64,000 bases of DNA from Bacilli bacterium. Lineage in GTDB: Bacteria; Bacillota_I; Bacilli_A; Izemoplasmatales; Izemoplasmataceae. The stretch is from positions 16,269-80,268 of the forward strand of contig JAFGXW010000122.1 in the NCBI GenBank assembly GCA_016936415.1, written 5' to 3'. Position numbers and translations under genes: made by a program. The notes under the pieces were generated by a model that ran no database searches, was not told the DNA's origin, and saw only the letters and a list, made by a program, of their open reading frames with translations. Positions 48,414 to 58,243 of this stretch are shown piece by piece. Position 1 is the first letter of the stretch; every line of letters starts with the position of its first letter.

Positions 48414-48542
48414 AAGTCCTCCTTAACACAAAACAATTAAGTGTAACACAAATCTCAAAAAAGTAAAGATATATAAAATAATTATTTCAAATAAATTAGT
48501 CTTTGTAAAGAAATTATCATATAATAGTAATTGGGTGATAAT

Positions 48543-49805
48543 ATGGTGAAACAAGAACGATTCCAATTCATGAAACAAATCTTTAAATTTCTGTTTTTAA
48601 TGAACAACCTAATACTTGGTTTCTTTGTGATAGGTTTTTTAATATTTATTTATCAATATAACTATTTATACAACAGCAATGACAATTATACATGGATATA
48701 TAGTGCTTCAATGCAAACACTTGCTGCCTTGATTGCTCTACTGCCAATTTCTTTTAGTTACTATCTTCATAAAATCGAAGACCAAAAGAGCAAAGAATTT
48801 GATAGTTATATTCTTAAAAAATTAGAAAAAGATGTTTATTATGAAATGATGTTTGTTATTATGTTTAGTCTGCTTTCTATCATCATAAATTTAGGAAGTT
48901 TATTCTTTAGGTTCAATTACTCAACTGCAGTTATTGCAACTGGCTTTACACTATTTAGTGTCCAGTTTGTTGTAATTTACATCTACCGTTTATTTGATCC
49001 AGATCGTGTATTTGATATTTTAAAAGAGTTTGACGTGGAAACAGAAATAAGTACTGAAGGCACACAAAAAATCGTGACTCTTGATGAATTTATCACAATC
49101 TATTTACAATTAGAAACCGTAGTAAAAGATTATATATCAAATGAAAACGATAATTCTTTGATTGATAAATTGCCTCTATATGATATTGTTGATAATCTTT
49201 CAAAAGACTTCCCAGTATTAGAGGAATACTATAAAGATTTTAAAGAAATCATTTTTCATAGAAATAATTTAATACACAATTACAATGAAGTTACTGTGGA
49301 TTATAATAAATATTCTCGAATCCTTGAATTGATCAAAGTATTTGAAAAATATAATGACCAATTCATCTCAGATAAAATTTTCAGCAATGTCTCAGCTGTA
49401 AAGAATATTATTGAAATTGCTTTAACAGAGTACTCAAGTGATTATCGAAATAAAGATAAATCTGTAGATAATATTCAAATTTCTACTTATGAAGAAGACG
49501 TATCTTCATTGTTACAATCGTACTTTATCAGTGATTACTATGAAACGCTTGATTTTGAAGAATCGGAAGACATGGATTTTGAAATCATACAAAATAATTA
49601 TTCAAACCGAAAACTCTTAGGAATTGATTTTAAAATGACTGACAGTAAAAATTTCAAGATATTGTCAAAACCATTATTAAGTAAATTAATGAACAAATAT
49701 TTATATATTTTTATTATCAACTATGATTTGGCCTTAAATCAGTTTGAAGTTCACTATTTAACAAAAGACAAAAAACAAAGGTCTGATATTTTCAAAATTA
49801 AATAA
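48543..49805 (+). CDS. Membrane-anchored hypothetical protein with a HEPN-like (HepT/DUF86-type) RNxxxHxY motif
   Basis: 4 predicted TM helices in aa ~20-155. The motif FHRNNLIHNYNEVTVD is at nt 49254-49301. Start is ATG 48543 after GGGTGA, or TTG 48531. The gene is monocistronic. Confidence 0.55.
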   Translation: MVKQERFQFMKQIFKFLFLMNNLILGFFVIGFLIFIYQYNYLYNSNDNYTWIYSASMQTLAALIALLPISFSYYLHKIEDQKSKEFDSYILKKLEKDVYYEMMFVIMFSLLSIIINLGSLFFRFNYSTAVIATGFTLFSVQFVVIYIYRLFDPDRVFDILKEFDVETEISTEGTQKIVTLDEFITIYLQLETVVKDYISNENDNSLIDKLPLYDIVDNLSKDFPVLEEYYKDFKEIIFHRNNLIHNYNEVTVDYNKYSRILELIKVFEKYNDQFISDKIFSNVSAVKNIIEIALTEYSSDYRNKDKSVDNIQISTYEEDVSSLLQSYFISDYYETLDFEESEDMDFEIIQNNYSNRKLLGIDFKMTDSKNFKILSKPLLSKLMNKYLYIFIINYDLALNQFEVHYLTKDKKQRSDIFKIK

Positions 49806-49832
49806 CACCAAAAAAGTGGTGTTATTTTTGTT
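49802..49832 (+). terminator. Terminator after the TM/HEPN-like gene
   Basis: Stem ataacacc/ggtgttat followed by ttttt. Confidence 0.7.
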
Positions 49833-49928
49833 TATTTAAAAACCTTATTACATTATTATACCTGTAATAGGTTGTATGATATAATTAATTATTATACGAA
49901 CCTTTACACCATTAGATTGGAGGATAAC

Positions 49929-51308
49929 ATGAACATTACTGAGTTAACTAAAATAAAAAGTGATTATTTAGCAACAAATCCTATCTTTAATGAGCCTAAA
50001 AACGTTCATCCTTTAGAACATAGAATTGTATTGAAAAATTATCAAATCATCAATCCTGAAGAAATTGTTGAATATATTTCTAAAGATGGTTATTTTGCGT
50101 TTTCTAAGGCAATAACAATGTCACAAAGTGAAGTGATTGAGATGATCATTCAGTCCAATTTGAGAGGTCGTGGAGGTGTCGGTTTTCCAACTGGACTAAA
50201 ATGGAAATTCACACTTGCAAATGAGTCTGATGAGAAATATGTCATTTGTAATGCAGATGAAGGGGAACCAGGAACATTTATGGATCGTCATATCTTAGAG
50301 GGTGATCCTCATAGTATTATTGAAGGAATGATGATAGCTGGATATGCAATTGGTGCAAGCAAAGGATACATTTATGTGAGAGCAGAATATCCTCTTGCGG
50401 CAAAAAGACTTCAAATCGCTATTGACCAGGCAAAGGATTTACATATTTTGGGGACCAATATTTTTGAAACAAAGTTTAGTTTCGAGATTGAAATTCGCCT
50501 TGGCGCAGGAGCTTTTATATGTGGAGAAGAAACTGCATTGATGGAGTCAATTGAAGGTAAAAGAGGACTCAGTAGAAACAAGCCTCCTTTCCCTGCAGAA
50601 AACGGATTATTTGGTAAACCAACCGTGATTAATAATGTCGAGACTCTAGCAAATGTCCCATTTATTTTGTTACATGGTCCGGATAAATACAAAGAGCTTG
50701 GCACTGAAAAATCAAGTGGGACAAAAGTATTTAGCCTTTCAGGAAAAATCAAAAATGGTGGCATTTATGAAGTGCCAATGGGAATCACTTTAAACGAGAT
50801 TATTTATAAACTTGGTGGGGGAATGAAAGAAGGCAGTCAATTTCATTTTGCATTTTCCGGTGGACCAAGTGGAGGTGTCTTACGTGAAGAACACCTTCAC
50901 TTAAAAGTAGACTTTGATAGTTTGATTCCATTTGATTCTATAATGGGTAGTGGGGGCATCATCATCTTTGATCAAAATGATTGTGTAATAGATACGATAA
51001 AGCTATTCATGGAATTCAACAAAGAAGAATCATGTGGTAAATGCACTCCATGCCGTGAAGGTACAGGAATTTTATTTGATATGTTAGATGATATTACTGG
51101 AGGAACTGCAAATTTGGATACAATTGATGCATTAAAATATCTTGGCCGAATGGTTCAAACCTCTTCTCTTTGTGGTCTTGGCCAAGCTGCTCCAAATCCG
51201 ATATTCTCGACATTACGATATTTTAAAGACGAATTTGTCAAACACATAGAGCACAAATCTTGTTCTGCTGGGATATGCACCTTTGACAAAGTTATGGAGG
51301 AAGAATAA
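49929..51308 (+). CDS. NuoF/HydB-like NADH-binding FMN/[4Fe-4S] flavoprotein
   Basis: FMN site GRGGVGFPTGLKWKF and N3 cluster ESCGKCTPCREGTG. ATG 49929 has GGAGG upstream. Confidence 0.85.
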   Translation: MNITELTKIKSDYLATNPIFNEPKNVHPLEHRIVLKNYQIINPEEIVEYISKDGYFAFSKAITMSQSEVIEMIIQSNLRGRGGVGFPTGLKWKFTLANESDEKYVICNADEGEPGTFMDRHILEGDPHSIIEGMMIAGYAIGASKGYIYVRAEYPLAAKRLQIAIDQAKDLHILGTNIFETKFSFEIEIRLGAGAFICGEETALMESIEGKRGLSRNKPPFPAENGLFGKPTVINNVETLANVPFILLHGPDKYKELGTEKSSGTKVFSLSGKIKNGGIYEVPMGITLNEIIYKLGGGMKEGSQFHFAFSGGPSGGVLREEHLHLKVDFDSLIPFDSIMGSGGIIIFDQNDCVIDTIKLFMEFNKEESCGKCTPCREGTGILFDMLDDITGGTANLDTIDALKYLGRMVQTSSLCGLGQAAPNPIFSTLRYFKDEFVKHIEHKSCSAGICTFDKVMEEE

Positions 51309-51310
51309 CA

Positions 51311-51946
51311 ATGAAAGAATTCATGATAACAATCAACGGTTTTCCGTATATAACAAATAGTGAAGAAACAATTCTTGATACTTGTAAGAAACACAATATC
51401 TTTATACCAACGTTCTGTCACGATGAAAGATTCACGAGTGATGGTAGTTGTCGTATGTGCGTAGTTGAAGTGAATGGGCAGAAAAAGCTTCAAACTTCAT
51501 GCACTTTATATCCGCAAGAAGGCATGGTAATAAACACCTTATCCGAAGATGTTGTCATTGCTAGAAGAGAAATTCTCAAAATGATATGGTCAAAGCATAA
51601 AGGAGAATGTGAAGATTGTGATAGTTCTGGAAACTGTAAACTTGAACTATACTTACAAAAATATGATATTCCGAAAGAAAGAGCGTATAAATTAAAAGAT
51701 TCTAAAAAAAGCACAAATGAGAATCCATACTTTACACTAGAAAGTGGAAAATGTATTTTATGTAATATGTGTATCAATATTTGTACCACCATTGAAGGAG
51801 GAAATGCGATTTCTTTAGAAGGAGAACAAAATAATCCTTATATCACATTTCGCTTTGAAGATGGGAAAGACTATGCGCAATGTTTAACCTGTGGAGAATG
51901 TATCGAAATTTGTCCAACAGGTGCAATAAAGAGCAAGAACAAATGA
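51311..51946 (+). CDS. NuoG/HydA N-terminal-like Fe-S protein ([2Fe-2S] + His-ligated [4Fe-4S] + 2x[4Fe-4S]); no catalytic domain
   Basis: CHDERFTSDGSCRMCVVEV, HKGECEDCDSSGNC, CILCNMCINIC and CLTCGECIEICP. Only 211 aa. Confidence 0.8.
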   Translation: MKEFMITINGFPYITNSEETILDTCKKHNIFIPTFCHDERFTSDGSCRMCVVEVNGQKKLQTSCTLYPQEGMVINTLSEDVVIARREILKMIWSKHKGECEDCDSSGNCKLELYLQKYDIPKERAYKLKDSKKSTNENPYFTLESGKCILCNMCINICTTIEGGNAISLEGEQNNPYITFRFEDGKDYAQCLTCGECIEICPTGAIKSKNK

Positions 51947-51971
51947 TTGACCCATCAAAGGAGCTGACTTT

Positions 51972-52448
51972 ATGAGAGAATTATCCAATCAAAACTTAGA
52001 AACATTTAAAACCAAAATGATGAAGTATAAAAAGACAAAAGGACCACTAATTCCTATATTGCATGAAGCCCAAGAGATTTTCGGGTATATTCCACTTGAA
52101 GCTCAACAAATGATTGAAGAAGAATATGGTATACCAAACGCTTTTATTAATGGCGTTATATCTTTTTATGAAATGTTTTATCATGAACCAACGGGAGAAT
52201 ATCATATTGGTGTATGTAGCGGGACATCATGCCACATCAATCGTTCTAAAAGAATTCTTGAAGAATTAAAGAAGGAACTCGGTATAGAAGTTCACGAAAC
52301 AACAAATGATGGATTATTTACAATTGTTAATGTAAAATGTATCGGAAGATGTAGCGAAGGCCCAAATCTAACCGTTAATAACAAAGTGTACAGTCAAGTC
52401 ACTGTTGAAGACGTAAGTCATATAATATCTGAATTCAAAAAAAGTTAA
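51972..52448 (+). CDS. NuoE/HydC-like thioredoxin-fold [2Fe-2S] protein
   Basis: CSGTSCH ... CIGRCSEGP. AAGGAG upstream. Confidence 0.85.
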   Translation: MRELSNQNLETFKTKMMKYKKTKGPLIPILHEAQEIFGYIPLEAQQMIEEEYGIPNAFINGVISFYEMFYHEPTGEYHIGVCSGTSCHINRSKRILEELKKELGIEVHETTNDGLFTIVNVKCIGRCSEGPNLTVNNKVYSQVTVEDVSHIISEFKKS

Positions 52449-52453
52449 CTTTT

Positions 52454-53086
52454 CTAGTTAACTTTTTCATTGCCTTTTACAAACCATTTTAAAACCACTT
52501 TCTTGTCGAAGAAATCCATAATCAATCCACTTCCAATTAGTGTATTTATGGTTCCTATCCCGATTCCTACAATATGGCCATTCCACAAACCAAAAATGAT
52601 TGCCAATGAAAACGCAATGATATATACCAAATAAGTACCTTTTGAGACACTATTTAATCGATGTTGAATCACACTCAAAAATACATCCATAGGATGAACT
52701 GCCAAGTAAACTCGTAAATGTAAAGCAATTGAGAAGAGTAAGATTAGAAGACCAAATGTATTAACCAGGATTCTAAATATAATTTGTAGTTCACTAAGTT
52801 GTGGCAAGTACATAATGAATAGATCTGTCAATAATCCAAATGTGAATAAAAATAGAAAAGACTGAAGAAACTCCATTACATCAACTCTTCTTCTTATAAC
52901 ATTTGCAGCGATGTAAAAAAATACAGACAGAATAATGAACCCAACTCCAAGCGTTAAATTGAACGTGTTTGAAAAATTCTTAACTCCACTTCCCCAAGCT
53001 GTCATCCCTAGTTCAGTTTCTGACATTAATGCGGTTCCCAATGCATTTCCAACAACTGCGATCATTAAATACAATAATTTCTTCAT
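52454..53086 (-). CDS. Integral membrane protein (possibly YczE-like), unknown function
   Basis: 6 hydrophobic segments. ATG 53086 follows GGTGA. The family assignment is only an impression. Confidence 0.5.
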   Translation of the reverse strand: MKKLLYLMIAVVGNALGTALMSETELGMTAWGSGVKNFSNTFNLTLGVGFIILSVFFYIAANVIRRRVDVMEFLQSFLFLFTFGLLTDLFIMYLPQLSELQIIFRILVNTFGLLILLFSIALHLRVYLAVHPMDVFLSVIQHRLNSVSKGTYLVYIIAFSLAIIFGLWNGHIVGIGIGTINTLIGSGLIMDFFDKKVVLKWFVKGNEKVN

Positions 53087-53219
53087 TGTTTCACCATTTT
53101 TTCTCATTAATTACTATTCACAGTTCCTTTTACTCGCAATTATAATCATGATTATATCATTCTCAAAAAATTAATTCTATCTCTTTTTGTATTTATCTTT
53201 TTCTATGTCTTAAATCACC

Positions 53220-53248
53220 TTGCATTTATGAAATGGGTAGAGTATGAT
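53220..53248 (+). promoter_or_regulatory. Putative promoter TTGCAT-17-TATGAT
   Basis: -35 at 53220-53225 and -10 at 53243-53248, 45 nt upstream of the RsmH-like start. Confidence 0.5.
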
Positions 53249-53292
53249 ACAATAGAGTTAAACCGATATTTATATGAAAAGGTGGTATGACG

Positions 53293-54342
53293 ATGGATAG
53301 TTCAGAACCAAAACATCAAAGAAGAGTTCGTTATAAAGGAACTCATCCAAAAACATTTCGTGCAAAGTACAAGGAACTTCAACCTGAAAGATACAAAGAA
53401 ACAATCGATAAGATTATAAAGAAAGGAAATACCCCAGCAGGGATGCATCGTTCTATTTGTGTGGATGAAATCATGAACTTTCTCGATATCAAATCAGGTC
53501 AAATTGGATTTGATGCAACACTTGGATATGGCGGACACAGTCAAGAAATGTTAAAACGTTTGAATAATAACGGCCATTTATACGCTGTGGATAAAGACCC
53601 AATCGAGATGAGAAAAACTCAAGAACGTTTAAACAACTTGGGTTATGATTCAAGGATACTCACTGTAGAAAATATCGATTTTTCCGATATTGACATTGTT
53701 TGTGCAGTATCTGGGAAATTCAATTTTGTTCTTGCTGATCTTGGTGTATCTTCCATGCAGATTGATAACCCTGAAAGAGGGTTTTCATACAAAATAGATG
53801 GGCCACTTGATTTGAGAATGAACCCCAAACAGGGAATTCCAGCCTACCAAAGATTACGAAGTATGAATTCAGAAGAAATCGAAGGAATGTTAATCGAAAA
53901 TGCTGATGAACCTTATGCTAGAGAAATTGCAGAAGAAATAACTCAGCATTATCAAAATGGAAATGAAATTACAACCACCACTCAATTGAGAAATATAATC
54001 GAAAAAGCATTGGATTTTATTCCAAAGAGCACAAAGTCTGATGATATTAAAAAGTCATGCCAGCGTACATTTCAAGCGATTCGAATCGACATCAATCATG
54101 AATTCCATTCTCTATTTGATTTTCTTGAAAAACTCCCAGAAGTATTGGCTGAGAATGGTAAAGTTGCAATTTTATCTTTTCACTCTGGTGAAGATCGCCT
54201 TGTAAAAAAAGCCTTTAAGCAAGGCTACAAGGAAGGAATATACAAGGTCATTTCTCCAGAACCAATCCGTCCATCTATGGAAGAACAAAGTTCAAACAGT
54301 CGTGCTCGTTCTGCAAAATTACGTTGGGCTATTAGAAATTAA
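53293..54342 (+). CDS. RsmH (MraW)-family SAM-dependent methyltransferase with a basic N-terminal extension
   Basis: GYGGHS, DLGVSSMQ, GFSYKIDGPLDLRM, SFHSGEDRLVKK and SRARSAKLR motifs. The second ATG (53293) is better spaced from AAGGTGG. Confidence 0.8.
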   Translation: MDSSEPKHQRRVRYKGTHPKTFRAKYKELQPERYKETIDKIIKKGNTPAGMHRSICVDEIMNFLDIKSGQIGFDATLGYGGHSQEMLKRLNNNGHLYAVDKDPIEMRKTQERLNNLGYDSRILTVENIDFSDIDIVCAVSGKFNFVLADLGVSSMQIDNPERGFSYKIDGPLDLRMNPKQGIPAYQRLRSMNSEEIEGMLIENADEPYAREIAEEITQHYQNGNEITTTTQLRNIIEKALDFIPKSTKSDDIKKSCQRTFQAIRIDINHEFHSLFDFLEKLPEVLAENGKVAILSFHSGEDRLVKKAFKQGYKEGIYKVISPEPIRPSMEEQSSNSRARSAKLRWAIRN

Positions 54343-54355
54343 ATGCATGTAATCA

Positions 54356-54382
54356 AAAAGTCATCAGACGATGACTTTTTTT
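54356..54382 (+). terminator. Terminator after the RsmH-like gene
   Basis: 10-bp stem aaaagtcatc/gatgactttt with loop agac and a T-run. Confidence 0.85.
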
Positions 54383-54593
54383 GTACAAAAATCTCTATTT
54401 TTCACCTGCCACTCATATATTTCATAGCACAAATGACATTTCCTCGTGAAAAGAGACAAATTGTATTTTTTAATATATGCAATTCTTATTCTCGATATTA
54501 TCCCATTTTTACTAAAGCACTAATCCACTCAACTAAGGGTTGCTTGCTGAAGTAGGTAAATGAATTTACAATTATATTGAAAGGATTGATAAA

Positions 54594-56408
54594 ATGATAC
54601 ATAAACGAAAAAAGAGTACAATAACAATTTTGAACTACCATATTAGTCAACTAATTATTGAAAAAAAGGTCCATGTGATTTTTCTTTTTATTCTCAACAT
54701 GATTATTTCTGGTGTATTACCATTGCTAATGGTTATACTTCCTAAACTAATTATTGATGCTGTAAGTTTAAAGGATTATGATTATTTAGTGCAAGTCATG
54801 ATAGTATTTGCAGTCCTAATCACCTTTTTGTCAACAATCTCCAATTTTATTTTCACATATTTAAGAGCTCAAGGCTTAGCAGGTCGTATGAATCAAACTA
54901 AACTTTTTAATAAAAAATTAAAAAGTATCCCATTTTCATTTTTAGAAAGTGCACAGTTTCAATCCGAAAAGAAAGCCGCTCAAGCAACTCTCACAATGGG
55001 TAGTTCAGGATTTGAAGGTACCTTTGATGATGTTAGTAGGATTTTACCTAAGATTATTTCTATTATAGGTTTCTCAATTATTCTTGGTCTATTCAATGTT
55101 TATATTATTCCAATAACAATCGTTGTTTGTTTTATTCAATATCGTATTTCATTAAGAGGTAGCAAATATGCTTTAGCGCGTAATGATGAATTACAAGAAG
55201 AAAAAAGAAAAGCAGATTATTTTATAGAAGTTAGTACAGACTTCTCCTATGGAAAAGACATTCGTGTGGAACAAATAGAAGGTCAAATCATCAATCGATT
55301 ATCAAAACAAAACAAAAGAGTTATGAAAGTATTCAAAGAGATTTCCTTTTTCAAATACAGGATGAATCTATTTGACATTGTATTTATCATTTCAATCAAT
55401 GGCCTAATTTATTACTTAGTAGTAGTTGCATATTTTTCTAATCAAATCACTGTTGGAACTGTTGCCATGACCATATGGACAATCTTGGCGATTACTCTCG
55501 ATCTTCAGTTTGTCTTTAAGAATCTTGCAAAACTACAAGAAGATACAAATTATACAGATAAATTCTTACAATTTTTAGACAAAGATTTTTCCAATGAAAC
55601 ATGGGGTTCTAAACAAATCAATACTTCAGATATTTCAATAGAATTTAAAGATGTTTATTTCAAATACCCAAATTCCGAAGAGTATGTACTAAAAGGCCTC
55701 AATTTTAAAATTAAAGCAAAAGGGGTTATGGCACTAGTCGGAATAAATGGTGCTGGAAAAACGACGATAGTTAAGCTATTATGCGGTTTCTATCAACCTT
55801 TAAAAGGTAATATCCTAATCAACGGTGTTGATATGAAAGAATATGATATTTTCAGTTATCGAGAAAAACTAGCTATTGTGTTTCAAGATGTAAACATATA
55901 TGCTGCCAGTGTATTAGAAAACATTACTGGACCAAATCCAAGTGATAAAGATATTGATAGAGCAAAGACCTCATTAGAAAAGGTTGGTTTACTTGACAAA
56001 GTATTATCATATCCAAATGGTTTTCAACAAAGTTTATTAAAAGTAATTGACGAAACTGGAACAGATTTATCTGGAGGAGAAGCACAAAGACTTTCTATTG
56101 CAAGAGCAATTTATAAACAAAATACAAATATCATTATTTTAGATGAGCCAACAGCCTCATTAGATGCAGCAAGTGAACGTGAGATTTACAATAATTTTTA
56201 TCAGTTAATAGATGATCGCACTTCAATTGTAATTTCCCATCGTTTGGCCTCTACTCGTTTTTGTGATAGTATCTTATTCTTAGAAAATGGAAAGGCAATA
56301 GAAAGTGGTACTCATGAACAATTAATGAATATTGAACATGGGAAATATCGAGAGATGTTTGTCACACAAGGGAAATACTATCAGGAGGAAAACAATGATG
56401 AGTTATAG
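54594..56408 (+). CDS. ABC exporter, fused permease/ATPase (half-transporter 1 of a heterodimer)
   Basis: 6 TM segments plus an NBD: GINGAGKTT, LSGGEAQR, ILDEPT. Confidence 0.9.
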   Translation: MIHKRKKSTITILNYHISQLIIEKKVHVIFLFILNMIISGVLPLLMVILPKLIIDAVSLKDYDYLVQVMIVFAVLITFLSTISNFIFTYLRAQGLAGRMNQTKLFNKKLKSIPFSFLESAQFQSEKKAAQATLTMGSSGFEGTFDDVSRILPKIISIIGFSIILGLFNVYIIPITIVVCFIQYRISLRGSKYALARNDELQEEKRKADYFIEVSTDFSYGKDIRVEQIEGQIINRLSKQNKRVMKVFKEISFFKYRMNLFDIVFIISINGLIYYLVVVAYFSNQITVGTVAMTIWTILAITLDLQFVFKNLAKLQEDTNYTDKFLQFLDKDFSNETWGSKQINTSDISIEFKDVYFKYPNSEEYVLKGLNFKIKAKGVMALVGINGAGKTTIVKLLCGFYQPLKGNILINGVDMKEYDIFSYREKLAIVFQDVNIYAASVLENITGPNPSDKDIDRAKTSLEKVGLLDKVLSYPNGFQQSLLKVIDETGTDLSGGEAQRLSIARAIYKQNTNIIILDEPTASLDAASEREIYNNFYQLIDDRTSIVISHRLASTRFCDSILFLENGKAIESGTHEQLMNIEHGKYREMFVTQGKYYQEENNDEL

Positions 56409-58158
56409 ACAAAAAGCGTTAAAATTATACAAACTGACATTTTCTTTATCCAAGTCATTTTATATTTTTGCAATACTTCGCGCACTTGCACAAACTGCAA
56501 AGGCATTCGTTGGTGTATATGGTTTAAAATTAATTATTGATTCACTCCTGAAAGCCGATTACAATCAGGCACTAATTTCGGTTGGGATTGTAATTTCACT
56601 AGAAATTATTTGCCATATGTTATTTCTAACATTTGATATTAGTTTGATTAATCGAACTGAATATTTAATCAGAAGAGTGAAAGAACATTTATCAAAAAAA
56701 CTAATGAATACCGAATTTAAATATTTAGAAGATCCAAAATATTTGGACATTGCAGATAAATCAATTTTTGCAATTGAGAATTTTGGTGCACTAGATAATT
56801 ACTTGAATGCAACCATTGAATTATTTAGTAATTTTTTAATCGTATTAACACTTTTAAGTATTCTTATTTATTTCAATCCTCTTATACTCATTATCATTAC
56901 TATAGCAGTCTTATTCAATAGAATCATTTTAAAGAGGAGTTCAAAAAAACAAATTAAAAAGTTTGATGAACTTGGTCCTATTAATCGTAAATATACTTAT
57001 TATAGTCGGGCTGTTTCGGATATAAAGTATGCAAAGGAGTTTGCATTTTATCCACTGTCAGATTTAATTTATGAGAATTCTATTACTTACTTAGAAGAAA
57101 CATCCAAATTCATGACCAAATTCTATTTGATTATTGCAAAGTATCAATCATATGCGACAATTGTAAATAGTTTGCAAGTTGCATTACTATATTTAGCAAT
57201 TGGGTATCTTTCAATTTCTCAAGGTTTTGGTATTTCCAGTTATGTTTTTGTAACTACTTCTGCAATTAAAGTAAGTAGTTCAGTGAACCTATTTATAAAT
57301 GGTTTTGTAAGAATAAGAGAAAACACACAACTTCTTGCTCCTATCATCGAGGTAGATTCTTTTGAAGATGCAATTACAAGATCCAATGAAGGAATTTTGG
57401 CTGAACCTTTGCATTCTTTGGAGTTCAAAAACGTTTCATTTTCATACCCTTCCAATGACACGATAATATTAGATGATGTTTCATTCACCATAACGCAGGG
57501 AGAGAAAGTCTCTATTGTTGGATTAAATGGAGCTGGAAAAACGACGTTAGTAAAGTTGATTTGTCGATTTTACACACCTACAAAAGGGCAGATTTTATGG
57601 AATGGTGTTGATATCAATAACTATCAATTTGAATCATATATTAATCAAATCGCAGCTGTGTTTCAAGATTTTAAATTATTTGCACTAACACTATTTGAAA
57701 ATGTTGATATGAGTCAAATAGATGAAAAAAAAGTAAACGAATGTTTTGATAAGGTTGGTTTAAAAGAAAAAATCAATCGCCTACCAAATGGTATAAACAC
57801 GTACTTATCAAAACAATATTATGTTGATGGAACAGAACTCTCTGGAGGAGAACTACAAAAGGTCGCAATCGCGAGAGCAATGTATAAAAAATCATCATTA
57901 AATATATTAGATGAGCCTACCAGTGCATTAGATCCATTAAGCGAGGCAGAAGTATATGATAATTTTGCAAAATTAGTGGAAGGAACAACTACATTATACA
58001 TATCACATCGAATGAGTAGCTCAGTGTTCTGTGACCGAATTATTGTTTTAAATAATAAGAAAATTGAAGCGATTGACTCTCATAAAAATCTAATAAAAAA
58101 TCATCAGGGTAAGTATTACGAATTATTCAATTATCAAAAAGAATATTATGTTGAATGA
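56395..58158 (+). CDS. ABC exporter, fused permease/ATPase (half-transporter 2)
   Basis: GLNGAGKTT, LSGGELQK, ILDEPT. ATG 56395 follows AGGAGG and overlaps the upstream gene by 14 nt. Confidence 0.9.
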   Translation: MMSYRQKALKLYKLTFSLSKSFYIFAILRALAQTAKAFVGVYGLKLIIDSLLKADYNQALISVGIVISLEIICHMLFLTFDISLINRTEYLIRRVKEHLSKKLMNTEFKYLEDPKYLDIADKSIFAIENFGALDNYLNATIELFSNFLIVLTLLSILIYFNPLILIIITIAVLFNRIILKRSSKKQIKKFDELGPINRKYTYYSRAVSDIKYAKEFAFYPLSDLIYENSITYLEETSKFMTKFYLIIAKYQSYATIVNSLQVALLYLAIGYLSISQGFGISSYVFVTTSAIKVSSSVNLFINGFVRIRENTQLLAPIIEVDSFEDAITRSNEGILAEPLHSLEFKNVSFSYPSNDTIILDDVSFTITQGEKVSIVGLNGAGKTTLVKLICRFYTPTKGQILWNGVDINNYQFESYINQIAAVFQDFKLFALTLFENVDMSQIDEKKVNECFDKVGLKEKINRLPNGINTYLSKQYYVDGTELSGGELQKVAIARAMYKKSSLNILDEPTSALDPLSEAEVYDNFAKLVEGTTTLYISHRMSSSVFCDRIIVLNNKKIEAIDSHKNLIKNHQGKYYELFNYQKEYYVE

Positions 58159-58243
58159 CATAGTTGTCAATTTATTAATTAATATCGGATTATTTTATCT
58201 ATACGCCTTACACACATTCTGATTAATGATAACATTACAAAAT

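Noticed and set aside
54343-54555. 70-aa plus-strand ORF between the RsmH-like gene and the ABC exporter genes. I also considered its 40-aa C-terminal part as a possible exported-peptide precursor.
   Set aside because: It starts on the RsmH terminator hairpin (54356-82) and has no ribosome-binding site. It shows no leader-peptide features such as a double-Gly or a Cys/Ser/Thr-rich core.
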